From: Malacoraja senta
Lineage: Eukaryota
Assembly (NCBI GenBank): GCA_038087875.1
Contig: CM075985.1
Span: forward strand, 13,764,001-13,828,000
Direction: 5' to 3'
DNA length: 64,000 nucleotides
Position numbers and translations under genes: made by a program
Shown here: one piece after another, positions 13,001-28,000 of the stretch
Numbering within the stretch: the stretch's first letter is position 1
Layout of the letters: each line of letters starts with the position of its first letter
Notes under the pieces: generated by a model
Database searches by the model: none
What the model saw: the letters and a program-made list of their open reading frames with translations, nothing else
Told to the model about the DNA's origin: nothing

Positions 13001-16000
13001 TTTCAAATGATTGTGTTTATTACATACCAGCTAATGCAAATGTAATACTTGGTCCACAAAATATTTCTGTTTCAGAGTCTGTAGAACTCATTGTCTTTAT
13101 TTTTTTTTTAATGCTTAGGACTCTCTGCTCATGCTCATGTTGAGCTTCCATATTACTCCAAGTTCCTGTTGATTGCTGCTTATCTCTCCTCCTACAATCC
13201 TGCCAGAACAGACAAAAGATTTTTCATGAAGGTAATTTATTATTTAAAATTTTTTAATCCCGAATTTTAATTAAATCGCATGGTCGGAAAATATACTTCA
13301 AGCAGTGGACAATAGAATGTACAGATTTTGATGGTGTAATTCACGGGTTTTACGAGAGAAATATGATTGAATTATTTTGAAAGATTTTTATTTTTCAGTG
13401 AGTTATGGAGTTAGTGCAGAAAGGCGGCACTGAGCTAGAAAGTCAGCTATAGTGTTATTTAAATTGGTCTCGGCATAAGGGGCCAAATTATTATTAATTG
13501 TTAATGGCAGTGCTTCAAAAGATGTGGGCAACTTTGGGAGTTATGCTTTTTAAAAATTTGACAAATTTCAGATGAAAGATTTCTTGTCCACGTACGTCAA
13601 GCATGAATAGGCTGACAAAATCAAGGTATACTTTGAAAGGAAATCGTTTCTGGGCACATTCATATTCCATCACAAATTTCTATCAGTTGGTTAGCAGATG
13701 TCTGCAGTTATTATTTTAATTATATATTTCCTGCATAAATATATGTTAAATGTCTGAATTTAATGTACCATTTTCTAATTGGTGTGACATTTCGAGTGCA
13801 CATGATTTTACTGTTTCATCAAATTGTGCTGTTTATGAGATCTAAAATAAATTGTAAATAATATTGGGCCAAACAGTGTTGCCATGGGATTGGAGATTTG
13901 CTCTGTTACCTGACATTATTAAACGATAATTATATCTATTTTATGTTAAAGTACATTATACTTCAGCGGTTTGTGCCAGTCTTGTTAGGTTTTTTTTGTT
14001 TGATGTGAAATCCCTACAAAAAATACTCTGAAAAATTGCTTGAATCCTTTATATATTAAAAAAATCATTGGCATATTTTAAGGCTATATTTGAGCAGTCT
14101 GAAGAAGGGTCTCGACCGAAAAATGTCACCCATTCCTTCTCTCCACAGATGCTACCTGTCCCTCTGAGTTATTCCAGCGTTTTGTGTCTACCTTTGATTT
14201 AAACCAGCATCTGCAGTACTTTCCTTCACATTTAGAATATGTTTCTCAGCTTTCTAATATTTGTGAATAGAAATTGTGATGTACCCAATTTATTCACTTT
14301 GAATAGACGGCTGATGGAATTAAACCAAAGTATGAGGAATTATTTGGAAGTTATTTCCAGGGGAGTGAAATTTCAGGCATAAAATGAAAGGCTAATTTTG
14401 AAAGTAATTTACTTCCCATTTCAGGATTGTGCTGATGCATGTCGAGCTCATATCTTCCACTTTAAAATCCAGTAGAACTGTTTCAAACTGCTTGTCATTA
14501 TCTGCAGATATTTGAAACTCTCAAACAAAGGAGGAAGTCTGAGTCCCATTGCTAGCCTAATCTTAATCTGCCAATCAGTTAATTTTATTGGGTTCACTGT
14601 ACTGGTTATCTGGTGTACTATGCAAGAAAGGATATTGAAATTGGTTGGTGCATTGAATGCTTACTTTGTAATTTGCATACATTTACAGTTGCCCTTGGGA
14701 AATGCCAGTAAAGCATTCCCTGTTAAAGCTTGCGTTTTAATAAACTCTTCAACAAAGTAGGTCGAGTCATTCCAGCCTTGAAGAGCCTAGATTTTGATCT
14801 TAATTCTGCATCCTCCGTTAGGAATGTGTAATTTATGTTCCAGCTGGGGAATATATCATGCAGAATTATTACTTTGTATGTCTTTTCTATAAAACACATG
14901 TATTGTTAATAGCTTATTCAGATTATTGTCCCTATTATTTGAAAGGGTGTTCATTTCAGAACATTTTTTTAATGCAGAATTATAAAAATGTTTATTTTGC
15001 TAAAACAAAATCAAACAAACCTGTTCATAAAATCAAAAATATCAGATACAAGGGAATATTGTATTGTAGTTCAAGAAATAACCTGGGACACTAATGATAT
15101 GAGGAAACACAGCAGCCAAAATATGCATGCTATGGTTATTTTACTTAATTTTACTGGGTACCATTGTATTGATGGTTAGTTATAATTTAGAGAAGTGAAA
15201 TTTCCTACTTTACACCTACTTTACAATCACATCCAGCTTTCAAGTAGATGTTAAATTAAGAATCATTTTGGAATTACTGCAAAGCAGCCGTGATCACAAA
15301 TTAATGATCAAATAAAATTGATGTCGAATTTGGAAAAACAGTGAAAATACAGTTTTAGCTTTCATTTTAGATATCTAATCTCTTTGAGTACTTTACAGAT
15401 CAATCTAATACTTAAACTTTTACCTGGTTATATTTTCCAGCATCATGGGAAAATTAAGAAAAGTTCATTTTTGAAGAAGCATGAAAAAGTGAGTTGATAT
15501 TCACTGTTATGTTTGCTTGTTTGACTAACACTCTGAATGCTCTCTTGGGATTTGCACCCAAAGACACATGCTTCCCTACCATCTCTTTAACAGTAAAGTA
15601 TTCTACTTTATTTTTAAAAATGTATTTGAGAAATAAAAGAAACTCTTGACCTGCTCAGTCTCAAAACATTTCCTACCTGCTCAGTCCCATCTTGATAGTT
15701 ACAGTCAAACACAATCTAATAACATTGCCTAGGACAAGAAACTGCATTGATTTCATGTTGAGCTTAGGAGCTACAAATTTAAAGAACATGTTATTACCTG
15801 AACAAATTAAAAGGAATTTTTATGACCAGCAGCCTCAGATCACTGTCTGCATGTTAGACATTGATGTTATTGAGGCCAGTTGCTCATTATAGCCATGTTT
15901 ACTGTGACACCCATCAAACCAGTTTCTATTACCCAATGCATCACTGATGGAATCAGGATTAATGAAAACCTCAAAGCAGGATGATGAGTGTAGTATGATG

Positions 16001-19000
16001 GATTAGATATTGTTTGCCACTGGTGAAATAAGTGACCATATAGAATCATTTGGTCAGCTCAACACCGACAAGACTGAGTTAGTGGTGGACTTTAGGAGGA
16101 GAGGAACACCCCTGTCCCCTGTCTCCATCAATGGTGTGGATGTGCAGTTTACTAAGGAGTACAAATACCTTGCAGTGTACCTGGACAGTAAACTGATCTG
16201 GTCCAGTAACGTTGAGGCCCTGTTCAAGAAGGGACAGAGCCGGCTGTACTTTTTGAGAAGGCTCCGCTCCTTCAACGTCTGCAGCAAGATGCTGCATATG
16301 TTCTACCAATTGATGGTAGCCAGTGCCATCTTCTTTGCTGTCGTGGGCTGGGCGAAGGCTGTGGATGTTCTCAGGATGAACAAACTCATCAGGAAGGCTG
16401 GTTTTGTCCTGGGGGCGGAGTTGGATTCATGGAAGAAGGTATTGGACAATACAGCTTGCCTCCTCCATGACACACTAGTCAACCTGAGGAGTAACTGGTT
16501 CCACCAAAATGCAGTGACAGAAGGCCACAGGAGCTCTTTCTTCCCTGTGGCTATCAAACTGTACAGCTCCTCCCCCTTCTATTGTGGAATAGACTGACTC
16601 CCCCCACCCCCACACCAATCTTTTCACATCCCCAATCTTTTCCACTCGTCACATTAATTTCATGTTTCATGTATCTTGTGTTTTATGATTGTTGGCGGAT
16701 CAATTTCCCTCTTAGGATAAATAAAGTTATATCATATTGTTATCTAGTTTACACCCATGTTCATACATGGGGGTGCAACCAAAAGTAAATATTTTGCAAT
16801 CTGTAAATTCAAATCTGTTACTAAATAATACTCACCACTACCATCAGAAAGAAAATGTTCTAGTAGGAAATTCAGAGCTGCATGCAGCAATGGCAGTTGG
16901 AACAGCTAATGAACTGATATTGACATGGCAGAGATCACTGGGCCTGTGAATGATGCTGATCTTTCAATCTACAGTTGTTAATTAGAATGATGAGGATGAA
17001 GCTTGAAAATACTGCCAAAAAGAACACAACTGGATTAACTCCACGGGTGCCGTGATGTAGTTTCCATTTTATTGAACAAGATTTTTTTTTTTGCATTGCA
17101 TTCTGATCATTTAAATAGCTAGAGCCACCAACATTATTATAATTTGAGCCAAACAAAAATAATAGGCTTTCATGGTATGCTTGGTTAATTCAGAACTTTT
17201 ACCAGTTTTGCTAGTTTTATTTTACACTAAAACTGTCACACGGGAGGCCTGGTCCTCCAATGCATTAAGTGGTTAAGAGACAGTCCCTGAACATTATGTC
17301 ACTGAACATTTACCCAGTGATCTGAAGGCACAATGGAATAATTTTCATCTCCATAACTCCAAGAAAAATGTAGAGATCAGGTCTAGCCACTAAACTACCC
17401 ACTAGTTACTTGGTAAGAAAGGTCTCAATTGCAACATGATACCCACTCTCTGAATTAGTCGTCTCAATATTTAGTCCATTTCAGTTACTCTTTGTGGTGT
17501 TGGTGTTTTCTTGAATGTAGGAAATTTAACAATAAATTAAATGGGAAATACTTGAACTTTCTTATTCCAGATGGTACCAATGTCTACTTTTTTCTTGCTT
17601 CCTTTGGTACCCTTTTGAACCTGAGGATGATTTGCTTCCAATCCTATAATTGTGGGTTTTGAAGTGACTTATCAAGCGAGGCCTGCAGATTTTGCCACGA
17701 GTGGGGCAGGAAGTACTTGACATGATGGGTGGGTGAATAATATGTGAGGTGGTGCGCTCCTTCCACCATTTACACTGGGCTTTTGTACGCTCTTAACGCT
17801 TTGATGTTATTTTTAGTGTTATCCCAAGTGCTCCTTCTCCCTCCTAGCACTATGGTTTATGGATTCCAAGGTGTCATTGGAGTTGTTGTATTTTTCACGG
17901 AAGTTTTGAAGTCTAATCTGTTTCTCTCTCCACTTGATAATCTCCTCCTATGGTATAGTGTCTATTTCCGGGCAGCTTACTTGTTACTGTTGTAGCTTTC
18001 CTTTCAACAACCAATGCCTGAATTTTGTTCAGGTCTAGGTACATGCAGACATAGACGTAGGGATAAGAAATATATGACTTTTGTCATAATTCCATTTGAA
18101 CATTTGGTAAATTCCATCTTTGCACCTATCCACCTTTCAGATTTGCGAATTGCCATATTTGCATGATCACAACATTTGTTCCCTTGAAAGAGTGCATCAG
18201 GCCTGCCAGCACTTGCTGTCTCCAGAGGTCTTTTTATGACATCCAGCCATGCAACATGTTAACTGCCTCAGCTGAATGTCCCTAAAATCCTCTGGACAGG
18301 TGCCAGAGTTTGGTAATGTGTAGAAAACTTGTTCCTTTCAAGCTGCTTCGTTCCACACCTCTGGGGAGGCTTTGATAAAGAGGTATTTATGACATGATGC
18401 TGACTTTCCTTCAGGTGTATTTGGAGATCACCTGTACAACCTTCATTCTTAACCACCTCCTTTGTGACTTTTATTCTCTACAGTGTCAGGAGAAATTCCT
18501 TTTCTCCTTTAACTGATACATGTGCAGAGTAAATGATGAATCTCCTCCTTTGGGAGTGCTCCTTTTCAATAGGCAGGATTAAAATTGCCAAATTTCGACT
18601 GCAGTTTAGGACTCCCTACTAGAGTCATAGAGTGATACAGTATGGAAACAGGCCCTTCGGCCCAACTTGCCCACACCGGCCAACATGTCCCAGCTGCACC
18701 ATTCCCATCTGCCTGTGCTTGGTCTATATCCCTCCAAACCTGTCCTATCCATAGACCAAGCACAGCCAGGTTGAACTAGTGTCAAATATTTTGGTGGAAC
18801 CAGTTACTCCTCAGGTTGACTAGTGTGTCATGGACTGATGTGAAACTGGAGACAGACTTAGATATTCAAATCCTTGGATATCATATTATAATTGAGAAGG
18901 TAAATTCTGTCTGGTGAATACAGGAAAAAAATTTCATCACATTCACTGATTTGTTTTTATTAAACTTTTTAGGTGTTTTATAAAACCAAAATGTGAAGAA

Positions 19001-22000
19001 CAGCTATTATTTCACTGCCTTGCAAGGGTATTAATTTTACTCTAGTGGGAAGATCCATATCAGTCTCCAATGCACAATATATAGGTTTTAGCCACTATAA
19101 TGGCATTATTCAAACTTTCTAATGGCAAATTTCTTTGAAAACATGCCGCATTGCAGCTTAAAGGGAAGTACTTTTATGGGGAGCTATTCACTTAATCGAC
19201 TTGGAAGCACATAATGTCCTTAGATGTAGCATAACTCAACATTTTAATATGTCTTGTTTCCTATAGACCAGCAATCACCTCCTTGGCCCTAAACCATTCC
19301 CATTGGATCGTTTGTTGGCAATTTTCTACAGCATTGTGGACAGCAGAGTAACTCCCAGTGCTAACGTATTTTCTCAGGTGAGTATGGAGTATGCGAGTGT
19401 GAACAAGTTCCATTAGGAAATCTTAAGCTTTGAAATAAAAATAGAAAATGCTGGTACTCAGCAGACATCTGTGAATAGAGAAATACAGAGTTAACATTTC
19501 AAGGCAAAGATCTTGCACCAGAATGTTTTGAGTTTTGGTATTGAAAAGATTGGGCTGTTGGCAACTGAAACTAATTGTAATGATGTGAAAATACATCAAA
19601 AGTTAAATTAAAAGGTTGTAATCCTGATATGGAAACGATTGCGATACAAAGATTAATTATCTGACAATGAAACCTTGGGTCTGCTATTTACATACTCCAC
19701 ATTTATGGAATCCACAGACGAGGCGTACATTGAATGCTCCTTCTCTGAAAACAGTAATTACCCTTGAAGTCTGCAGCATTATAAAGCAAAAACAGTGGAC
19801 GGCTGCACTTTTAATATGCTTGGGTGAATATTGATGAAATAATTATTTGTTGAAAATTTCACAATAATGCAGATGTACTTGGGACAGTCGCCTTCTGCTT
19901 TTAAGTCTGTCCATCAGGATGATTTGCTTACACTCCATTACTCTGTGCCACACTGTCTCTCTTGATTGGTGGAGTAAAATGTTTTTTCCAAGGCCAGAAA
20001 AGGCCATGTTTATTGACAAAAGTCCCTTCCTTGCTTCATTATATCAAATGAAAGCATGCAGCTTTATTAATTTCACACAATCCGCATTTATACATTTGTG
20101 ATGAAACGTGACATGTTTATCTGAGTACTCCCAATTCACTGATATACTAGATCCATCCAGCTTATTGGCTTATGGCATTGAATATGTAGTGCTTTATTAA
20201 TATTTCATTTAAGGCTAATTAGGAAAATATGTACCTAACAAGTAGGGGACAAAGGTCTTGGTTTAAAAAGAAACTGCGCGCTTTTCCTGGAACATTTGTT
20301 CCTATGGAGGTTTTTGCAACAAAATGGTAAATGTAAAATTACCATAACTGATGCAATTAACTTGTAATGCATGACACTAACTCTTATGCTGCCAGCAACT
20401 CCAGGGAAAAGGAATTGCTCATCAATGCCAGATTTTGTTTTAAGATTATCAGCTAAAATATTAACATTAAAGTGACAATCTGATTATGCAGTACTAAAAT
20501 AGTACTGAGACGTTAGGATTGCATTCACACTATTTTAGAAATATCATATCATGTTTTCTACTATTTTAATAATCAAATTATTATTGGGACAGGCAAAGGA
20601 GAGTCAGTAGGCAGAGACCAAGAGTCGGTAGATGTTGTTTACTTTGATTTTCAGAAAGTCTTTGTTAACGTGCCACATGTTAGCCTGCTAAGGAAGATGA
20701 GAACCCATGGTATCAAAGGGCAATTACGAGATTGGATAACAGGTTGGCTAGATGGCAGAAGACAAAGTGTGGCAATAAAGGGAGCTTTTACTGGTTGGCT
20801 GCCAGTGACTAGTGGAATTCCGCAAGGGTTGGTGCTGGGGCCGTTACTCTTCACGTTGTATATTAATGATTTGCTTGAGGGGATTGAAGGCTTTGTGGCA
20901 AAGTTTGCGAATGATACAAAAATAGATGGTGGGGCAGGTTGAGAAAGCAGGGACTCTGCAGAAGGACTTAGACAGGTTGGGAGAGTGGGCAGAGAAGTGG
21001 CAGATGAAATAGAGTGCAGCAAAGTGTGGAGTTGTGCATTTTGGTAGTAGGAATAAAGGCGTAGAATATTTTCTAAATGGGGTGAGAATCCAGAAATCAG
21101 AGGTGCAAAGGAGTCCCAAAAAGCTGAATCTGTAGTAAAGAAACCAAACTCAATGCAAGCATTTATTTCAAGAGGACTTGTATATTTAAAAACAGGGATG
21201 TAAGGCCACATTTGAAATATTGTGAGCAATTTTGGGCACCATAAGGATGTGCTGGCTCTGGATAGGGTCCAGAGGAGGTTTACAAGAATTATCCCAGGAA
21301 TGAGGAGGGGGGGACCTTGAAGCATACAGAACAGAGAAAGGCTTGAATAATGGATGTGGAGAGGATGTTTCCACTAGTGGGAGAGTCTAGGACTAGAGGT
21401 TATGGCCTCAGAATTAAAGGATGTTCTTTTAGGAAGGAGATGAGAAATGTCTTTAGTCAGAGGGTGGTGAATCTGTGTAATTCTTTGCCACGGAAGACTA
21501 TGGAGGCCAAGTCAGTGGATATTTTAAGGCAGAGATAGATTCTTGATTAGTACAGGTGTTGGAGGTTAGGGGGAGAAGGCAGGAAAATGGGGTTAGGAAG
21601 GAGAGATGGATCATCCATGATTTAATGATGGAGTAGACTTCCAGAACCACTGGCTCGAAGGGCCAAATGGCCTACTCCTGCACCTATTGTCTATTGTCTA
21701 TAGACTTGATGGGCTGAATGGCCCAATTCTACTATCCCTTATGACCTTATTATTCACAAATAAAATTAATTTTGTTGTGGGTTTTTTTCAGTGAACTTTC
21801 TCAAAATATCTATGTGTATATATCATTGTAATTTACCTTTCTTAGTCTCAGCCTTATGTAAGCACTGGTGATAAAAGACTGTATTAGAACGTGTAATAGA
21901 AGCACCAACTTCAAACATTTGGCTTCTGGTTTAGTGGAAAGGTGCGACAGCAAACTTCCACAATATTTGCAGATCTATTCTGGAATTTAGCTGTCTGATT

Positions 22001-25000
22001 TGTTGGTGTCTTTTTTCATAATTTCTTCGAACAGAGATGCTTCAATAACTTACCATTATGAATGACAGTTCTGAAGTGTTTTAAAGAGCAGATCAAGCAC
22101 TGATTGCAACCTTTTCTCACTATTAACCTATGATAATTAAGATGACGCCTATTAATTGAAAGCCCTCCCAGCAAAGACAATTGCTTGGAGCTTGAACAAA
22201 AACAGAACCATGTTAGTATCATAAACAATATATTTCCTAAATGGATTCCTCTGTGGAAAAGCCAGTTTCCTGGTCCATTGTCTTCCCACACCAACCTTCT
22301 TTCCTGTCAGAAATAGCCTGCTTTGTAAAATGAGGATCCTGTCTGTGGTGAAAAGGGGAGGAAAGTATATTGTGAATTTAAAAGGTGACAAAGGGATACA
22401 ACTAATTAAATTAGTGGGCAAATGGCATACGATGTGGGAAAATATGGTTATTCATTTTGTTAGGAATAATTTTTTTAAGGAACATTATGCAGACACTTAC
22501 ATGCCGAAGGTACTGGTTGTCTTGGTGCATGGTGGGCAAAGTATATAATAGAGCAAGTACCGTATTTCCCGGCAATGAAGACGCAACTGCGTCGAAGACG
22601 CACCCCCATTTTGAGTTGCTACATTTTGAAAAAAGGCTGGCAGGACATAGAATTTCTATCGCTCAAAAAAATAAAAATAAAGAAAGTAACAATTCAATTT
22701 GCCCAAGGCTTTCAGATCTCCTCCATTCTGAATGCCTGAATGGGTGGGGGATGGAGGGTGACGGCAGGTGGAGAGATGGTGGGAAAAACAGGAGCACATC
22801 GGGACAAGTTGAATCAGTTGTGATCTTATTGATTGACAATACTAGTTCAAGGGACCAATTGGGGGAAGAGTTCCTTTCACAGCGTGCGGGGAGTCTAGCC
22901 CGGGTCAGCACGGGCAGGAGCGTTGAGAAGGAGGGGGTCGGGGATCATACCAGCAACTCACTCACCGCTGCCGCGCGCTCCGGGCGCGGAGCCACCGCAT
23001 TGTGGCTGGGGAGGGAAGTAGCTCGGGTGGCCACCGTTCCTTAAATTCCGACTGCCGCCAGGAGCAGGACATGGCCTCACTAGAGCGGAGCAGGTTCAAC
23101 GGGTGATGGATAACAGGACAGTGGGCGGTGGAGCTTACTCCTGTGTCAGCACGAGTAACCTCAATTGGTCCCTTGATCGTGCTGACACAGGAGTAAGCTC
23201 CACCGCCCGCTGTTCAGTTATCCATCGCCCGCTGCTCCGCTCAATGATCTTTGATCTTGAGCTTGTCCCCTCACATTGAAAGACACGGACTGGGCAGTGA
23301 ATGCCATGCTGTGTCACCCAGTGCAGCAAGTGAGGCCATGTCCTGCTCCCAGCAGAAGTTGGAATTTAAGGAATGGCGGCCGCTCGCAGCTACCTGAGCT
23401 ACTTCCCTCCCCGGCCAAAATGCGGTGGCTCCGCGCCCGGAGCGCCATGACAGCGGTGAGTGAGTTGCTGGCATGATCCCCGAACCCCTCCTCAACGCTC
23501 CTGCCCGTGCTGACCCGGGGCAGACTCCCCACACGCTGTGAAAGGAACTTTCCCCCCCCCCCAGCGGCGCTGTCCTTTTACAGCCACTTCCCACTTTACA
23601 GCCGCTTCCCATCAGCTGCCAGCAATGAGGGATAGACTTCGCTATCCTTCAGTACAGCAACATTGTTCTTGATGTTGCTGTACTGAGGGATAGCCAAGTC
23701 CATCTTTCTTGGCTAACAACCTAACAACCTAACCTTCGGCCTCCAAGACGCAGGTAAATTTTTGTGCCTTATTTATGGGTAAAAAATTGCGTCTTCATTG
23801 CCGGGAAATACGGGTAAATAGGAAGCTAATAGAATGTCACTGTTTATTGCAAGAGGAAATGAATACAAAACCAAGAAATTTGCACTTAAGTTTTGCATAG
23901 GGCATTGGTGAGGTTATGTCTGAAGTTTAATGTATAGTGCTCATTTCTTTTTTGAAAGCAGTTTGCATTAGCTTTGCAAGGCTAATAGCTGGAGTGGGTG
24001 GGTTGTCTTCTAAGGAAAGATTGGACCTGCAAGGCTAGGCTTGCATCTGTTGGGAGTGAGGGACACCTTGATTTAACTTAGGACCTCGAGTGGTCTTGAC
24101 AGTGGATGTGGAGACAATATTTTCTTTTGGGGGCAAATCTAAAACTACAAATCACTGTTCAAAAATAAGTTTGCATTAAGATTTTTTTTCTGAGAGTCAC
24201 AGTTCTTTGGAAATCTTCAAATTATGACACAAGCAAAACCTTTAAAAATTCTTAAAAAGGAGAAATTCTACACAAGTAAGAGTCAAAAGATTTCCAATAC
24301 TTTGAGGGAATGTGGAGTTGAAGTTATTTTCAGAAGAACCATGATGTTATTGAATGGTGAATGGCATGAGGGCCAAGTGGATTTTTCCTGCTCTTGGTTT
24401 GTATGTAAATGTAGTTCATACTTGCCGCAACACTTCCATCCCATCATCCAATTTAGTTTTATCAGACATTGAGCCAGTACTAACTCCTGGTGACTCAATG
24501 GATTAGCCTGCTTCCAAAATAACCTATCAAGAATTACACCCTGAAGTTGTCCCAAATCTATATTTTGGTTTCTTTTGAACCTATTCATCAACTTTTTTGT
24601 TTATTGTTTTTTTTTCTTCTTCGCTTTCCTTCCACTTCACACAGCATAATCACTTTTTGTACTCCATTGTTTATTTACATCACTGAACCCCAAGTTGTGT
24701 TTCTGTGTCAGCAATATGTCTCAAGTGGCAGATTCTCAAGAACAATCTTCTTAAGCATTAAGGGCCTGTCCCGCATGCTATTTTTGTTGGTAACTAGGCT
24801 GTCGCCTGTATGGTCGTGAGTAGTAGTCTTAATCGCCCAAAGAGTCGTAGCGGCTTTCTGGTTGCCGCAGGATTTTTAACATGTTCAAAACGTCAACCGG
24901 CGACAGGTACTGGTGACTGAATTGTCTTCACTTGTCTCCGACAGGGTCGTAGCTTGTCGCGGGTGGACGAAGGTTGACTTTAGTTGTCGTAGGTCTTGTG

Positions 25001-28000
25001 GTCGTAGGTTGTCGTAGATGTGGTCGTAGCTGGACATCCTAATGGGTCGCCGGTAGCTTGCCGTAGCTTGATGTCGACTAGGTAGTAGGTTGTTGTAGCT
25101 TGTCGTAGACATTGTCGTAGGGCAGGTCCAGTCGGCAGTTTTTCGGCGACCTGCTACGACTATGACAGTCGCCGGCAGTCACCTAAAAAATCGCCTAAGT
25201 GGGACAGGCCCTTTACATTTCCAATGAATCGTCCTCTTGTTCATATGTGATGTCCAGTTTTCACATCCATATGACATTTAGGTAAAACGGTCTTATTATT
25301 TTAGTTGTTATATGAGGCTTTTCATTTTTCATTAACTTATGTGTATACTCAGTTATTGCACTGGGTGGCAGCATTGTGCTAAGATTTGCTCAGTTAAATA
25401 TTGTCAGCTATTGGAAAGGAATATTGTTTGGGAGTAATTTAGATATTTAATTTGAGAATGTGTTCACTGCAAAGCTGTGTCACTGACCTCGGTCAATTTT
25501 CCAAAATCAAATGACAGCAGTTTGCCATTTAGAGCACCTGCTATATAAATACCTGCAGTCAAGATGAGGTACCCAGGTCAGTGCTACCATTGGTTCCTTT
25601 CCTTTATTTTTATCATTGTGCGCACATCACTTCACTAAAAATTCCCCGAGTTAGACGTTTAATAGCTAGTCTAGGGTTCAACTCTTTTTTAAATGTTTTC
25701 GGAGATCACGTTACAATCTCCACATAGTTTCATCATGTGTATCTCTGTTGACCATAAATATGGCCCCCTCAAAATTGGCTTTTTTAAATACTGAAATCCT
25801 GGATGTATTGCTTTTATGCATCCCAATATTTAAAGTATATTATACTCAGAAAGCACCACATATTTAAAGTATATTATACTCCGAAAGCACTTCATATTTG
25901 ATGTAGCTACCTTTTTCCTGATTGATCCAGTTGTTTAAAAGTATGTATATAATGTCTGAAATTATATTAAGTTATTCAGTTGACAAACGGAATATTTTAA
26001 ATCATGCATTTCAAAACAATCATTGCAATTGTTGCTAAATAGCGTGCCTTTAATGCTTTTTAGAAGTAAGAGCAAACCGGAAATTTGGAGAAGCCCACCA
26101 AGGTGACGAGTTGTTACTGCAGGCTGGAATGGGCCAGTGTTGTAATAAGATATGGTTTGAGCCAAGTGTATGGAAAGAGCGTGGAAAACAGAATCAGATT
26201 AAGAAAGGACTGAAAATAAGTGGGCTAGGAATTGGGGTTGAATGATAACTTTTCTGCAATTTGTAAGGGGGTGGGAATAAATATATTGGGGAGAAGGAGC
26301 TTCCGAGCCTGAGATTGTATTGAAGGTTGAGAGTTGAACCTCTGTAGATTTGTTCTCGGGCCATCAGCTTTCTGACACGTTTGTGGCTGTTGCATTGTGA
26401 TAGATGCTGTGCTACTTGAATGGAAATGTGGTTGTTGGTTAAGAATATTAGGCTTTAGAAGAAAGAGGTGTGAATGTGGACTAGATTTACAATTTATTGA
26501 TGTGTTCTGCATGAAATCATGGTTGAGATCATCCCTTTCTTTATTTTATTGAACACAAATCACAATGCAGGCTTGGATTCAAATTTAATCTTTTCTATTT
26601 GGTAATCACTCCACTAGGTGTCACAGTCCATCACATTTTCTTATGAAAGGTAAAATATCAATATTAGAGTTTGAAGTCAAAGGCTCTGGATTTTTATATA
26701 ATATTTTGAAATGCTGGCTTTATATCTCATTGCATCCCTGATTTTGTCATTTCTAATACTATAATGCTGTGGTTTGCATAATAACTATTGCATTGTAGTT
26801 TTCACTCTAGCACTAGTTATCAGTGTGAATTTTCAAATTTACAGTACAGATGAAAACCGAGTAACCCATCGGGTCTTTGTAGCTTCTCAGCAAAGCAATT
26901 TAATCCATCCTATTTCCCCCATCCCTTTTCCCTTGTGGCCCTGCAATGTATTCTCTTTCAAAAGCCTATCAAGAACGTAGTAATGGACCAAGTGCACAAA
27001 GCAGAAATGTATCTCTCTTTCCTACATTCTTGGAAACTAATAAGAATTATTTCATAAACATCATTCTGAAAATAAACTTGTATCACTCGGGTTTTAAATC
27101 ACAATTTTCTGTCTGGCCCAGTTTTATTTTTAAAACAATGTTGCTGTCTTGAGTTTAAAATTATCAGTTGGTTAATTCTCAAACTTGCAATTATTGTTGT
27201 CAAAATGTCACATATTCTCAGGTGACTGACACAGGTGACACAGGCACCAATTTAAATGAGAACAAAAACCCAACTGTAAAAAAAGTTTATCTTTATGTTT
27301 CGTCTCCATTTCAGTCATCTATGGCCAATACAAGGTATAAACTGGTCTTCAGTGCTGTTGAACTACTGCAGACACAATGGAATCAAAGGTCGAGGATTTC
27401 ACCGCAACATATCTCCTTTAAATAACAATAGGCACCAGTTTTCTCTCTGAAGAAGTGTCCTAGACGGAAACGTCATCTGTTCATTTCCTCCAGAGATGCC
27501 TGACCGGCTGAATTTCTCCAGCACTATAATTTTTGTTTAAGCATCTGCAGTTTCTTGTGTTCTCACTTTATTGCTCCACTGGAAAATCTCCTCAAAGTAT
27601 GCCTACTCTGAAATAATTCCTCAGTCTTAAAAGGGTCCCGATCTGAAACGTTGTCTGTCCATTCCCTCCACAGCTGCCACCTAACCTGCTGAGTACCTCC
27701 AGCACTTTGGTTTCTGCTCAAGATTTCTGCATCTGCAGTTCCTTGTGCACCAGTTTATTGGTCCTTGTTGGCATGTGCCACTATATTCTGGGCTCTTTAA
27801 TCAGAGAGGACGACTTCACAGGCAGTTTTGAAAATCAGTCAATTCCAGAATTTGACTGTGACCAAGACATCTCACAGGTGTACCTGTTTTACTTTGTAAA
27901 AGTTGTTAGCAAAGGCTTGTTTGATTTTTGCACCCCAAGATCATCAGATTCAGGAGTGTGTTTCCATTTGGATTTGTCTGGTTTAATAAAACTACATTAA

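Noticed and set aside
17585-18450. Possible old RTE/L2 fragments on the minus strand
   Set aside because: Too degenerate to assign boundaries or family by eye.
22457-23612. 195-aa and 113-aa ORFs with similar peptides on opposite strands
   Set aside because: The similarity comes from the inverted repeats of the MITE; no transposase motifs.
24920-25180. CRISPR-like or regularly spaced repeat array
   Set aside because: Short irregular GTCGTAG motifs inside a MITE in eukaryotic DNA; no constant repeat-spacer period.
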